From the NCBI RefSeq assembly GCF_009914755.1, contig NC_060927.1: a stretch of 64,000 bases of DNA. One strand, 5' to 3'. The notes under the pieces are model-generated. The model made no database searches. It was not told the DNA's origin and saw only the letters and a program-made list of their open reading frames with translations. The stretch comes from the human T2T-CHM13v2.0 reference genome, Homo sapiens. Of this stretch, positions 46,667-59,444 are shown in pieces (position 1 is the first letter of the stretch; the number at the start of each line of letters is the position of its first letter). The position numbers and the translations under genes were made by a program.

Positions 46667-46774
46667 ATGGATAGTCTGTTGCCTCCATCTAGATTCTCTT
46701 ATTTCAAAAAATATCCTCTCCATGCAATTAGGAGATATTTATCGACGCTGAGAAACCAAAGAGCCGAAGAACAG
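46667..46774 (+). CDS. ATP2C1: Alternative first coding exon of secretory-pathway Ca2+/Mn2+-ATPase SPCA1 (long N-terminal isoforms); the remaining exons lie beyond the window
   Basis: Strong Kozak ACTATGG; 36 codons MDSLLPPSRFSYFKKYPLHAIRRYLSTLRNQRAEEQ followed by phase-0 donor CAG|GTATCA. Matches the recalled alternative ATP2C1 N-terminus that replaces MK before VARFQKIP. Confidence 0.9.
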
Positions 46775-49700
46775 GTATCATTTTGTTTATATTATCTTTA
46801 AAATGAACGGGTGCTTGTTCCTTGTTGCTTTTACGTCGCTTAGTGATTTCATTTGTGCTGGTTTACATGTTTATAGGTACAGGTCAGATCCTGCTTGTGG
46901 CTGTTCAGACTTGGCAATCAGAAAGCAAGCAGGCTTGTGAGAATTTATTTAAACTTGGAACATTCAGATCCTGAGATTAAGCGGAGTTCTGTAATGAAGC
47001 CACATGCTTTCTTTCTTCTAAAGAGCTACTCTATCAAAGTTAAATTTTGAATTCTTTGATCATTTTCCAATGCCTCAGATACAAAATTTGACACTATTAA
47101 TATCTCAACAAAGAAAGTATCAGACCCTAGAAGTACACTTGTCTTCTTGTATTTATGGTTATGTTTACATAGCCAGAATTTGCAAAACAAAAAACATTTT
47201 ATAAACTATAATAACCTTAAACAGATCATTAACAAGCTATAAAGATCATTCAGAAGCAGTTGGTCATTTTTGTGTGTGTAAAAGGTAGGAGGTAGAGCAC
47301 TGCCATATTCAGTCTTTTTAGCCAATCAAAAGCTATGATTTCCAGCAGGAGACACTATCACTTGGGAATATAAGCATTTTTAAAACTGTTAAAATGTCTG
47401 ATCACATCTCATTTAAAATCATGCAGTCATTTTTATGGTGTGAGATTTATATCATTCCATTTCTTTGATCTCCAAAAAAGACATTTCTAAAAATGATTTT
47501 TATGAATTTTACCAAATTGTTAGAAGAAGTAGCAATATCTGATCCATTTAAATCTAGTGATTCATTTAGGAAGAAGTGTGGCGGTGGTATACAAATGTGA
47601 AGGACAAATGTATAGCCATACCAAAGACCCAGCAGTCATAAATTGCTTGTGCATTGTGCTTGTAACTAGAACTGCAAAACTATGCAGGAGATATCACCAG
47701 TGTCCTGTATTTTTTTCTCCTTTGTGATATGAGATGACCCACTTAATAAAACACTTCCAGGAAATGCAAGATAGGTTTAGCAGACAGAAAATCCTCTCAT
47801 GACAGGTTTCCCAAAAAGGCAATGCATAATTTGGAAAATAAAAATCATTGCTACTGTTTGAGAGGAAACTGCTTGTATGCCCTGCTTTAATAATTTTACA
47901 AGGGCCAGAAATTCAAACAGACTCTGTTCACTAAGGGAGCTAGGCTGGTCCAGTTTATCTTACTTAGGCAAGGTGTCACCATTAAAAGACCAACTTTTGG
48001 TTTCCAAGTTTCAGCCTGCACTTGCTTTTGATGTAGAAAGCTAGAGAACCAAGTGGTAGGGCTGTATAAGTTTTTGTTTGCCAATCTTTTAATGTTCACA
48101 GGCTTCTTCAGGCCTCATTTATTATGGAAGGAAGAGAGGTGGCTGAAAGGATGGGAACACAACTGTGGAATGTGAATTGAGTGATTTTTTTTTTCTCAGT
48201 ATTGTAAGTTTTCAGAGATGTGGCTATATTGCTTGTGTAGTTCTATGGTTCTTTGTTTTTAGTTTATTGAAGAAGTATTACAAAATGCATTCAGAAGACC
48301 ATTAGAATTTAACATAAAACCTCTGACTTGGACAGGGTGGGTAGTCCCTTCCCCAGTGTACAACCATTTGGGACAACCTAGGAACAGCTGGGAGTGAGTA
48401 TTATGCTGAGTTCTTAAATTCTTATATAAGTGAATTGAATAATTAAGAGAAATAATATATTTGATTTCTTTTTAAAGCCAACTACAGCTCTGCAGACCTA
48501 ATGTCTCACAGAATTAGAGAAATTAGGTCAGAGTTCATCATAACTAACCTTGAAAGCTTGTTGGGAAGTTATAAAGGAGGTTAATAATGTCTACAATCTT
48601 ATGACCTGCATATTTGTTGCCTCTAATCCTTACATTCTTGTATAACTAATCCTTGATATAAAAGTGAAGGGATTGAGACTTAGAGCCCTTAAGAGCCCTT
48701 GCCCATGCAGCTAGAAAGTACCAGAGGAAGATGTGAATTTCTATCTCATGGCTTTAAATTTTATTCATTTTACCACGCTTGATCCCTGAACAATCTAGTA
48801 ATAGCAAAATATCACCCTGCTAACTTTTCTCCTTGAGAGTATTTCTAAAATTTCCTATATTCACATAGCACTGTCATAATTTTTACTGTTTACCACATCT
48901 GTATGATTAATTCCTCAATATTTTTCTGTATTTATACTTAAATCACATTATTAGAGTTTATTTAGAAAAAAAGTTCATATCATGACTGTAAATGGAAAAC
49001 CATTGTCATTAGCCGTAAGTAAAAATAATTAATAAAAGCAAAACAGTATTAAATTCTAGGTAGATACTATTGCCTGTAAAACCTCCAAGCCTGAAACCTG
49101 CTCATTTGTTAATAAGGAAGATTAGCTTTTAAGAGAAAGGTTAGAGCATCCTAGGAGCCAACTGAGAAAGTTTCCTGGGTGAGGATGGAAAGGAATTAAA
49201 AGGTAGATAATGTTTTTCAATCCAAAATGATTCAGTGTTATTGAATGTAGTGTCTGCATGCCACTTAAAATCTTCTCCCACCTCACTTAGCGCTGCTAAG
49301 TACCAACCATGTTGACTTCCACATACTTGGGGAATATTATAACAGAACACCATCTGCTTCTTTACTTTTGCACATTTAAATGAACTCCCCCCTCTAGCCT
49401 AGAATTCTCTCCTTTACTTACAACTTGCCCTCCTGGAGGTCTCCTGTACATCCTTCAATACTTGGATTAAATGGGCTCAGTGAAAAGCTTTCTCCAGTGC
49501 TGCTGGGAAGAATGAAGTCTTCCTTTTCCAAGATATTTTGTTTGCTTCAGACACAGCCCTTACTACATTCTATGTAGTAAATCATGTGATTTCATGTCGA
49601 TATTCGTGCACCCATGCACACATGACACTGGATGTTATCTTGTTCTTTGTTCCCTGAGGCATACTGGAGCCTGGCAGATACTGGTGTAAAGGTGACCCAC

Positions 49701-50619
49701 ACAACAGGCAGAGGGTACACACTGGATTGACTGTGACACAGACCTCCTTTGTTGTTTTTACTAGGCCTAGAAGTTCCCCATACCCCTTTTCTGTGGTCCA
49801 AATTATGATCATTGTTACACTCACCTTGTTCACATATGCTTTATTGTTTAAAACTTCTCCTAGTGCTCTTCTCGCACTTGGTGTCATACAGACAAGAAGA
49901 TGAAGATTTGACATGAGGGTTGATTTGTTTGGTAGCTTTTTCTGGTGGTGGTAGTGTTATTCCTGTGATACAGCCATCAATAGGTTGGTAGGTTATTTAT
50001 CAAATTGAGAACAAATATTTCATCCTTTGCTTCCCTAGATTCTCTTGCAGCAAGTGTTTCACAAAGCCAAATCCCCACATATGTAGAAGATTAACAGCAT
50101 TAATGAGATGAAGATGCTGAAGGTTGGGAAAATTTGTTAACCTTTCTCTCAGAATTATTCAAATGGTGTGGTAGTAACAGTGGTGGTGGTGAACGTTGGG
50201 CAGCCTGAGCCTAAATGGAGTCTCAGATGAGTTTGAGTAGGTGTGCTGAACGCACGCATAAGGGTGTTTGGTTTCGGTTATTTTATTTTGGTCTGAGGGC
50301 AACATCCAGCACCTGGCTCAGATGTTGGTGTCTAGTTTATAAGGAATGAGTGAGACTTGCAGGCAATGTTCCCCTAAGTACTAGAGACTCAGCAGCCTGA
50401 TCTGTGGCTCAGGTGATCAAGCGGGACACTGAGTGTGGAAGGGAGAATTTGCTCCACTTCTGGGCTGACTGTAGTCTAGCTTTAGCCTGGAGATGCCTGC
50501 CAAGAACCAAATACCTCATGAACCCCTGGGGAGTACTGCTCTTAGGGGCCAGCACCCCTGGGCTACATATGGGTGCTAGCACCAAACAATGAGAAGACAG
50601 TTTGTCAGCTCATGTGGGA

Positions 50620-51215
50620 CAGTCTACTCTCTCTCCTTGGGTGAGTTCTTCTATTCCCATGGTTTCAAACACCTATTTGCTGAAAACTCCCAAATGTTTA
50701 TACCCAGAGCACTTCAGCCTTGCATCCAATCATCTACTTGATATCTCCATCTGAATGTCTTGTGAATGTTGCAGACTGAATGTGTCCAAAGAGAACTCCA
50801 CAAGCTCCAAACATGCTCCTCCCCAGGTTTTTCCATCAATCAACACAAAAGCTCAAACCAGAAACCTGGGAGTCACCTTGGCACCTCTCTTTTTCCCTTT
50901 CTCCCCCTTACGTCCCCTTCCTAATCCTTTAGTAAGACTTCTAAAATAGTTATTGAATTCTCCATCTTCACCCTTCTAATCCTGCCAACCATCTTTTCTT
51001 ACTTGAACTATTGCAATAGTTTTCCAATTCGTGTCTCCATGTTCACTCTGGTTATCCTACAATCTGTGTCTCCTGTAGCAGTCAGAATTTTCTGCTTTAA
51101 ATGAAAATCTTATTTTAGCTCAATGCGGGGAATATGATATTATTTTGTTTGCTAGTTTAGTCCCAGTGCTAAGCATAAATCTGGCACATAGATGATAAAT
51201 TAATGTAATTGAATG
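50620..51215 (+). mobile_element. L2 LINE fragment
   Basis: CCCATGGTTTCAAACACC...AACTCCCAAATG...AAACCTGGGAGTCACCTTG...GGCACATAG. Confidence 0.7.
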
Positions 51216-52492
51216 GAAAAAGGGGACTTTGTAAGTATTAGAGAAGCCGTGGGGTTGGAGGGTTCACGGGGCTGAGGTGTTTTTATGCAGGTGAGGGTAA
51301 GAGATGGTGAAAATAGGGTTATTATCCTTAGTAAGCAGAGGCTGTTGAGATCTAGGGGAAATCATGTAGAGGAATTTATTTTACAGACGTGAAACTAGTG
51401 TCACAAACTAAGAGATTTGCCCAAGCTCGCATGGCTCATCTGTGTCAGTGCTGGGATTAGAATTTGGTTCGCTTGACTCTCATTCTGTTATGTATAGTGA
51501 ACCCCTAAGCAGAGATGTAGAAAAAGGCCATATGAGAAAAAAACTCTACAGGATGGGTCCAGAGAATAGGTGATGCCTGAGGGTCAACTTGTCAACTTGT
51601 CAATAACAAATAAGACGTTTTGATGAGAGACTGAGGCAGAGCAGAGCCTGCTCTTTTTTGCCTTGTCCCTCAACTTACACTGCCCTTCAGCAGCCTCGCC
51701 AGTCTGAATCCCCACTTCTATGTGTCCCTGCAGGAGGAAAGCCGAGAAGGAGTCAGAAAACACAGGCCAGCTAATTTAATCTACAAGAATTTGGGATGAC
51801 CTGTACCAATGTCTCGCTCTCTTGAACAGAGATTTTTTTTTTCCTGATTGAGAAATACCATTCAAGGGCTGATCTGACAAGTCTTGCCTGTTTAACAGTG
51901 AATCTGCTTAAAATGAGGAGAGTGGTCTTTGGGCCCAGGGGGCATGTACTGTAGCTACATTTTAATTACAGAGTAGAATCAAATTTTGTTTTGGAAGCTG
52001 TTCTAAAGTTTCCTTTCAATGGCTTAAGAAAATGTTTCTAGTTGGAACGGGATCACTGGAATTTTTTTTCTTTGCTGCTCTGTTTCTTAATGAATGCTAA
52101 CCTCAAAGTTGCACTGTTAAATAAATATTTGAATTTAATTTGAATTTTAGAAACTTATTTCTGCATTTTGGCTCTCATACTTACTCTGAATGATACTATA
52201 AAAATTAAGAACTCCCCATTCCAAAGAAAACTATATTGAGATTTCCAAGGCTAAATAAGGATTTGAGGTTGCTGATGTAGGCTCTGATTCTCTAGGTAAA
52301 ATGATAGACGTTTCACTACAACTTGATTTAAGAAATGTTTTTAGCTCCATAAAGTCAGTAAGTTGGTTATATCTTGAGTGTATACCAAAGCTATTCATTG
52401 TAAAAAGTCTTTTTGAAAAGTCATGAAATGCTATCCATTGTCAGTTCAAATGATATTTGAGGGGAAACTAAAAGTGCTTCTCCATGTCCCCT

Positions 52493-53593
52493 TAGCCCCA
52501 TGCTTATGATCTTTCATTGGCTTCCATTTGCTTTTTGGATACAGACAAAGCTCCCTAATGTGGAGGGGTTTGTGTGGTCCAGCTCTGATTCTCTCCCTGC
52601 TGCATGTTGACCTTGCCCCCTGTGCTTGTGCTTGAGTAGAAAAAATTTCAGTCCTTCACAAACAGGAGGAAAAGATTTTCCTTGTAGAACTTAATAAATG
52701 TTATCTCATTTATACCTAGTGTTCCATTATTGGAACAATAAGCATGTGGGAGTTATTTACATCCTACTGCTCAAGGCCATCGCCAAGGTCTGATTGCAAA
52801 AATTCAAAAAATTGTAACTTTGGGCACAAATGGGTTAAGATAGAGGACAGAGAGTCTATGCCACTCCTGTGGAGGAATTTGTATAATTATATATAGGTAA
52901 CATTGACAGTTAAATTGTGACAACATGAAGTTGAACTTTAATATTTCTGATTATTAAATGTGACATTAAAAGTGGAACTATTTTATTATGGTAATGACAA
53001 CCTTTTCCTCTATCTGAAGGGAGAAATTTTTTAAATGAGCTATGTATTTACCAAAAAATAAAAAGCTACCAATGGTTTTTCACATTATCTACAAGATGCC
53101 TGAGAGTTATCATTGATAGCTTGCATAAAGATAAATGGCTTTCTAGTTGTCAGCAACCACCCTCATGGTCTTTCTCTCTCCCAAATATGTCTTCACTATC
53201 TAAGAAAATATCACCATCCTGATATTTAGGCAGAGGCCTAGGTTCATCTTTGGTGCTTTCTGCTCCCTTAGTCAATATTTAATCTATCACCAACTCCATT
53301 CAATTCTACCCCTAAAAAACTCCCAAACCGGTTGGTCTACTTCCCTCTTTCACCACCCTAGCCCAAAGACCGTCATTACTTCTTGCCTGAAATACTGTAA
53401 TACCTTCCTCATTGGTCTCCCAGTAATCCACACTACAGTCAGAGAGGTCTTCTGAACACTACCACCTAGCCCCATGCTTATGATCTTTCACTGGCTTCCA
53501 TTTGCTTTTTGGATACAGACAAAGCTCCCTAATGTGGAGGGGTTTGTATGGTCCAGCTCTGATTCTCTCCCTGCTGCATGTTGACCTTGCCCC
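52493..53593 (+). repeat. 127-bp direct repeat pair (52493-52619 and 53467-53593)
   Basis: 125/127 identical, offset 974 bp. Confidence 0.93.
52705..52834. mobile_element. MER85 (PGBD3/piggyBac-derived MITE)
   Basis: CTCATTTATACCTAGTGTTCCATTATTGGAAC...CACAAATGGG, flanked by TTAT/TTAA target sites. Confidence 0.9.
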
Positions 53594-53595
53594 TC

Positions 53596-54152
53596 TGTGT
53601 TAGTTAGGGTTCTCTAAAGGGACAGAACTAGAGGATATTTGCATATATGATGGGGAGTTTATTAGGAGAATTGACTCACATGAGTCACACGATCACAAGG
53701 TGAAATCCCACAATAGGCCGTTTGCAAGCTGAGGATCAAGGAAGTCAGTCTGAGTCTCAAAACCTCAAAAGTAGGGAAGCTGACTGTGCAGCCTTCAGTC
53801 TGTAGCCAAAGGCCTGAGAGCCCCTGGTAAATCACTGGTGTTAAGTCCAAGAGTCCAAAAGCTGAAGAACTTGGAGTCCGATGTTCCAGTGCAGGAAGCA
53901 TCCAGCATGGGAGAAAGATGAAGGCCGGAAGACTCAGCCAGTTTCCTCATGCCACTTTCTTCTGCCTGCTTTATTCTAGCTGTGCTGGCAGCTGATTAGA
54001 TGGCGCCCACCCAGATTGAGGGTGGGTCTGCCTCTCCCTGTCCACTGACTCAAATGTTAATCCCCTTTGGCAATACCCTCATAGACACATCCAGGAACAA
54101 TACTTTGCATCCTTCAATCCAATCAAGTTGACACTCAATATTAACCATCACA
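53596..54152 (-). mobile_element. MLT2A (HERV-L) solo LTR inserted in L2
   Basis: Minus strand begins TGTGATGGTTAATATTGAGTGTCAACTTGATTGGATTGAAGG; 5-bp TSD CCCTC/CCCCC. Confidence 0.9.
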
Positions 54153-56840
54153 CCCCCTGTTCTCTGAACCCTAGCTATAGCACACTTCTTCTATGTATGC
54201 AAGTTTCCCTGCTACTTCCTGGCTAGGGCATCTGTTCCAATAATCATCTTTCTATCCTCCCTCAGTTAGTATCTACTCTTCCTTCAGATTTTAATTCAAT
54301 ATTAACTCCTTTAGAGCAGCCTTTTCTGACTTTTCCACCTTGCTTCATTACATCCTTTGAAGGCACTTGGTAACTGTCCTTTGCTGTATTTATCCTAGTA
54401 GCAATTTCGCATCTTTCTGTGGGGGCTATTTGATTCCCGATGTATCCCAGGTGACTAGCAAAGTGCCTGACAGATGGAAGGCACTGAATACAAGTTTGTG
54501 GAATTAGTGAATGTGGGGAGTAGGGGTGCAATGAATTCTATCTTGAGACTGAAGTACTTGAAATAATCCTGGATGTTAGACTTTGTGAGGAAGATACATG
54601 ACTGCTTTTGTATATGTGTTTGTGTATGTGTTTTGTAAGAATCTTAGGGCTGTAGTACCAGAATGGCTGAGTGATTAAGGTATTGGACTTAAGAATCATA
54701 GGGCTAATTCATGAAGAAAGATAGGTATGCATTTGGGAGGTTCCGGAGGAAATAACCATGACCAATGGGTAGAATTGCAGGGAGGGATTATGATATACTA
54801 ATAAAGATGAACTTTCTAAAAATGAAAGGTAAAGAAATGAATTATCTTCTGCAGAGTGCGGGGGTATGTGACCCCTCCTTAGGGGATGTTGTGGCAATGG
54901 TTTCTGCATCATAAAAGAGAAGACTGAATGACTTATTAGGTTCCAGCTCTGATATTCTAGTATAATAGGCAATAGAGAGATGAACAATTCAGATATTTTA
55001 GAAATAAGGAGAGGGCAGAGGGCATAGATGTGTAGTTAGGATTCCCGTTTTATTTGGTTAGTGGTAAATACTCCATAGTCTTAGCATGTTGCTCTAGAGT
55101 CTAAGACCAAAGAAGACAGAATCAAATGCCTTTGGTGATTAGAGTAGCATGTAATTCTCCGTCAAGGTAAAAAACAAAAGTTACATCTAGCAAAGACCTC
55201 AAGTGAAGAGCTATGTACCTGTGACTAGCTTTTCTAAGCCTAATCGACCACTTAACTACTTCTAATCCATAGTTTGTAAGTTATCTAACCCCTTCCAGTA
55301 TAACGATAAATAGCTAAATATACATAGCAGTCATTGATAAATGGGGGTGCCAAGAAATTTCAGGTTATTTTGTGGCACTTTAACCACTGTTGTTTTTTCT
55401 TCTTCTTCAATCAAGCCTCTTTTACCTTCAGATTTTCTTCAATGCAGTCAGTGCTGGCAACTTGCCGTTTATTATGGTCCCTTCTGAAGGTGTTCCATCC
55501 TTCTTGTCCACAGCATCACAGCAGTGAAGTGTCAGACAAGCCTAAGAGACACCTGGACCCTGGGTTGATTTCTGAGCTATTTTTAATCCCTTCATTTACT
55601 TTAAAATTTTTCTAACCTACTGTGCTCTGGTGCCTTTGAAACATGGGAGTCAGTAAATGGATGAATATCAAAACTGTTGCTTTGTCTTTGAAATAAGCAC
55701 ATTATTAGAATAAGAAATTGAATTAGAAATCACAACAAATTACAAATTCGAATGACAAATATCACAAGCATCAAAAAAATCTAGAAAATAAGTGTTTTTA
55801 CCAATTAAAAGTTAACAGATCCATCCTAAAATATTTTGTTCCTACATTGTGGGGGCCACAGGGTCTTTAATCACCTCCTCATAAAGTGATGGTTTTTAAA
55901 TACTCTGTGAAGAGATAGTAGAAAGATAATTTGGATACTGCCCTAATACAGTTAATGTATGATTATTTTTCATTAAAACAAACATAAAGTGCAAAACCCT
56001 TTTCTGTGACAGTGTAGCTTTTTTAAAGATTCCTAAATTTGCTATCCCATTCCATGTTTTAGACAGTTCATCTACACTTTGTTAGCTTTTGTTCAGAATG
56101 AAAGATGACATATTTTTGCACCTTGTACAGACAGTCCCATGTCTTGACAGAAAACAAAATGAAAATACCCACATATGTTGTACTGCTCATGATTTGCTGT
56201 GAAGAGAGCAGGAAAAATGTTGGAATTATTTCTTTCCTACTCACCCTAAAGGTGGCATATTAGTAAGGCTATTTCAGGAGATACAACTTAGGTTATGCAT
56301 TCAAGAATAAAATATTTTAAATTTGTATTAAATGCCTTATATGTGTCAGGCACTTGACAAGGTGCTTTACGTATGTTGTAATTTATTTCTCATAATAACC
56401 TTGCAAAGTCAGTGGTATTATCCCCATTTTGTGGGTGAGAGAACTGAGGTTTCAAGAGGTAAAGTAACTTGCTACATAGCTCATAAATGATGACTCTGAG
56501 ATTTTAGCTCCAGGTTTGTCTGTTTGACCTCAAAGCCCAATTCATTCCCTCATACAGAGATACCTCCCATAGATAGGATTCCTTTCTCTCCTTCTTCCCT
56601 TCACTCCTTCCTTTCTTACTTTTTCCTTCCTTTTTTCCTTGACCTCAGATTTTCTCTCATTTATGAGGATAAAGGAGTTGAAAATAAAACCATCATAACT
56701 ATTGTGTTTGGAAGATACCTTAAATCTTTTTTAGAATGAGAAATATAGGTGGAAATACAGGTTTTTGCAAAGTTTAAAGTTTATTCAATTTGGGAGACTT
56801 TGTTTAAGAAAAAGAATATAAAATCTGTATCAGGTTTCTC

Positions 56841-57125
<285 letters not shown>

Positions 57126-57127
57126 GT

Positions 57128-57584
57128 CTGTATCAGGGTTCTCTAGGAGGTGAGGTATTTATTATGGGAATCGGCTCATGCAATTATGGAGGCAGAGAAA
57201 TCCCATAATCTGCTGTCTATAAGCTTGAGAACCCGGAAAGACAGCAATGTAATTTATTCAGAGTCAGAAGGCGTAAGAACTGGGAGCACTAATGTCTGAA
57301 GGCAGGAGAAGATCAATGTTCCAGTTCAGAGAAAGCAAATTCACCCTTCCTCTGCCTTTTGGTCCTATTTGGGTTCTCAATGGATTGGATGAGGAACGTT
57401 CATACTGATGAGGGTGAATCTTCTTTACTCAGTCCACTAATGCAAATGCTAATCTCTTCCCCCAAACACCTTACAGACACACCCAGATATAATGTGTTTT
57501 TTTATTTTTATTTATTTATTTATTTTACCAGCTATCTGACCATCCCTTAGCCCAGTAAAATTGAGACATAAAATTAACATCACA
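57128..57584 (-). mobile_element. MLT2B-like solo LTR
   Basis: TGTATCAGGGTTCTC...GGCTCATGCAATTATGGAGGC...AAAATTAACATCACA; TSD AAATC/AAATT. Confidence 0.8.
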
Positions 57585-57784
57585 AAATTGTCAACATTAA
57601 AGTAGATACGAAGTGAATACTTATTTAGAATGGAAGAAGAAATCACAACAAATTACAAATCTGAGTGACAAATACCATAGGCATCACAAAATCTAGGAAA
57701 TAAGTGTTTTTACCAATTAAAAATTAATGAATACACCCTAAATGTTTTGTTCCTACAATGTGGGGGCCACAGGATCTTTAATGA

Positions 57785-58134
<350 letters not shown>

Positions 58135-58139
58135 CTTTA

Positions 58140-58168
58140 TTTTTATTTATTATACTTACTTATTCACT

Positions 58169-58213
<45 letters not shown>

Positions 58214-58332
58214 GTAAGAGACAGGGTTTCAGCATGTTGGCCAGCGTGGTCCCGAACTCCTGGCTTCAGGTGACCTGCCTGCCTCGGCCTCCCAAAGTGC
58301 TGAAATTATGGGTGTGAGCCACCGCACTTGGC
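58140..58332 (-). mobile_element. Alu monomer with (TTTA)n tail
   Basis: (TTTA)n at about 58168-58212 followed by a reverse left arm. Confidence 0.8.
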
Positions 58333-59444
58333 TGATTTTTTAAATATTCTATAAAGAGATAATAGAAAGATAATTCAGATACTCCCCTGACATAGTTAAT
58401 TGTTTTTCATTAGAGTCTAGAAAAGTTCCATCGCCTAGCTTTTGGCTCTGTTTCTCCTTTACTACCCACATACTTCAGGTGCTGAGCACCATAGGACATA
58501 TTTATATGAAGATTTCAGCCCAGTGATTTAGTACAGGTAGTAGGGATATTCCTGTATGTCATTTCTCCACCAAAACATTTAGCAATAACTTAACCATGCA
58601 CAGGCATGACTACAAACCACAATTATATAATCCACTAAATCCAAATGAAATCTAAGGGTATCCCCATCTCAACTTTCTTTGAGCCAGATCCAAGACATAC
58701 CTATGGCCACTTCAGTGCTACCTGATAGGAGTAGAATTGTGAAGGAGGGATAGCCAGTAAAAAGAGTGCTCTCAAGCCAATTGCAGTTAAAATATATTTT
58801 GCAAATTTTTAACGAAACATAAGATTATGAGAACAATGCTAGAGTCTTTCTCGGGGCCTTAAAGAGGGTTCTGCAAGTGAGGGACCTTGAAGCTTAAGCT
58901 TTGTTGGCTTCCAAGAAAACCCAGCTCTGGAGGAAAGGTGTAACCAAAAAAAATGGTATTACACTATAATACACAAGAGTCCATGCCATATAGCGCTTCA
59001 AAAAATGATGTTATATGAGATCCTATTCTGAGCAGCTTCAGCTCCCAAACTCATTGAATGAAGTAGAGGATGTTCTATTCAGTATATTTTATAAATAATA
59101 TGTTGAAGATATAGATGTTCTGGTACTGCTAAAACTCAAAGGTCTCAGACTCCTCTGCCACCATTTATATTCAAAAAAGAATTATTTGCAAAGGGATTCT
59201 TTGCAAATACAAATAGATCTCTATACTCCTATATTAGTCTAATTAATATTAAACACACCATTTACTATTCTTCCAAGCAGACCAGTTAACACACACACAC
59301 ACAGAGAAAGACTGTGTTATTGCTGTTTAAGATCACATAGTGGAAAAACTAAAACATCACTAAAGAAAGATAAAGTCTTTAAGAATTCATTAAGATGTAA
59401 TCAAGCTTTTGCAAACTCATGTGTTATTTGCAATTATAGTATAG

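Noticed and set aside
49582-49914. 110-aa minus-strand ORF
   Set aside because: No recognisable homology, splice pattern or poly(A)/TSD, so it cannot be supported.
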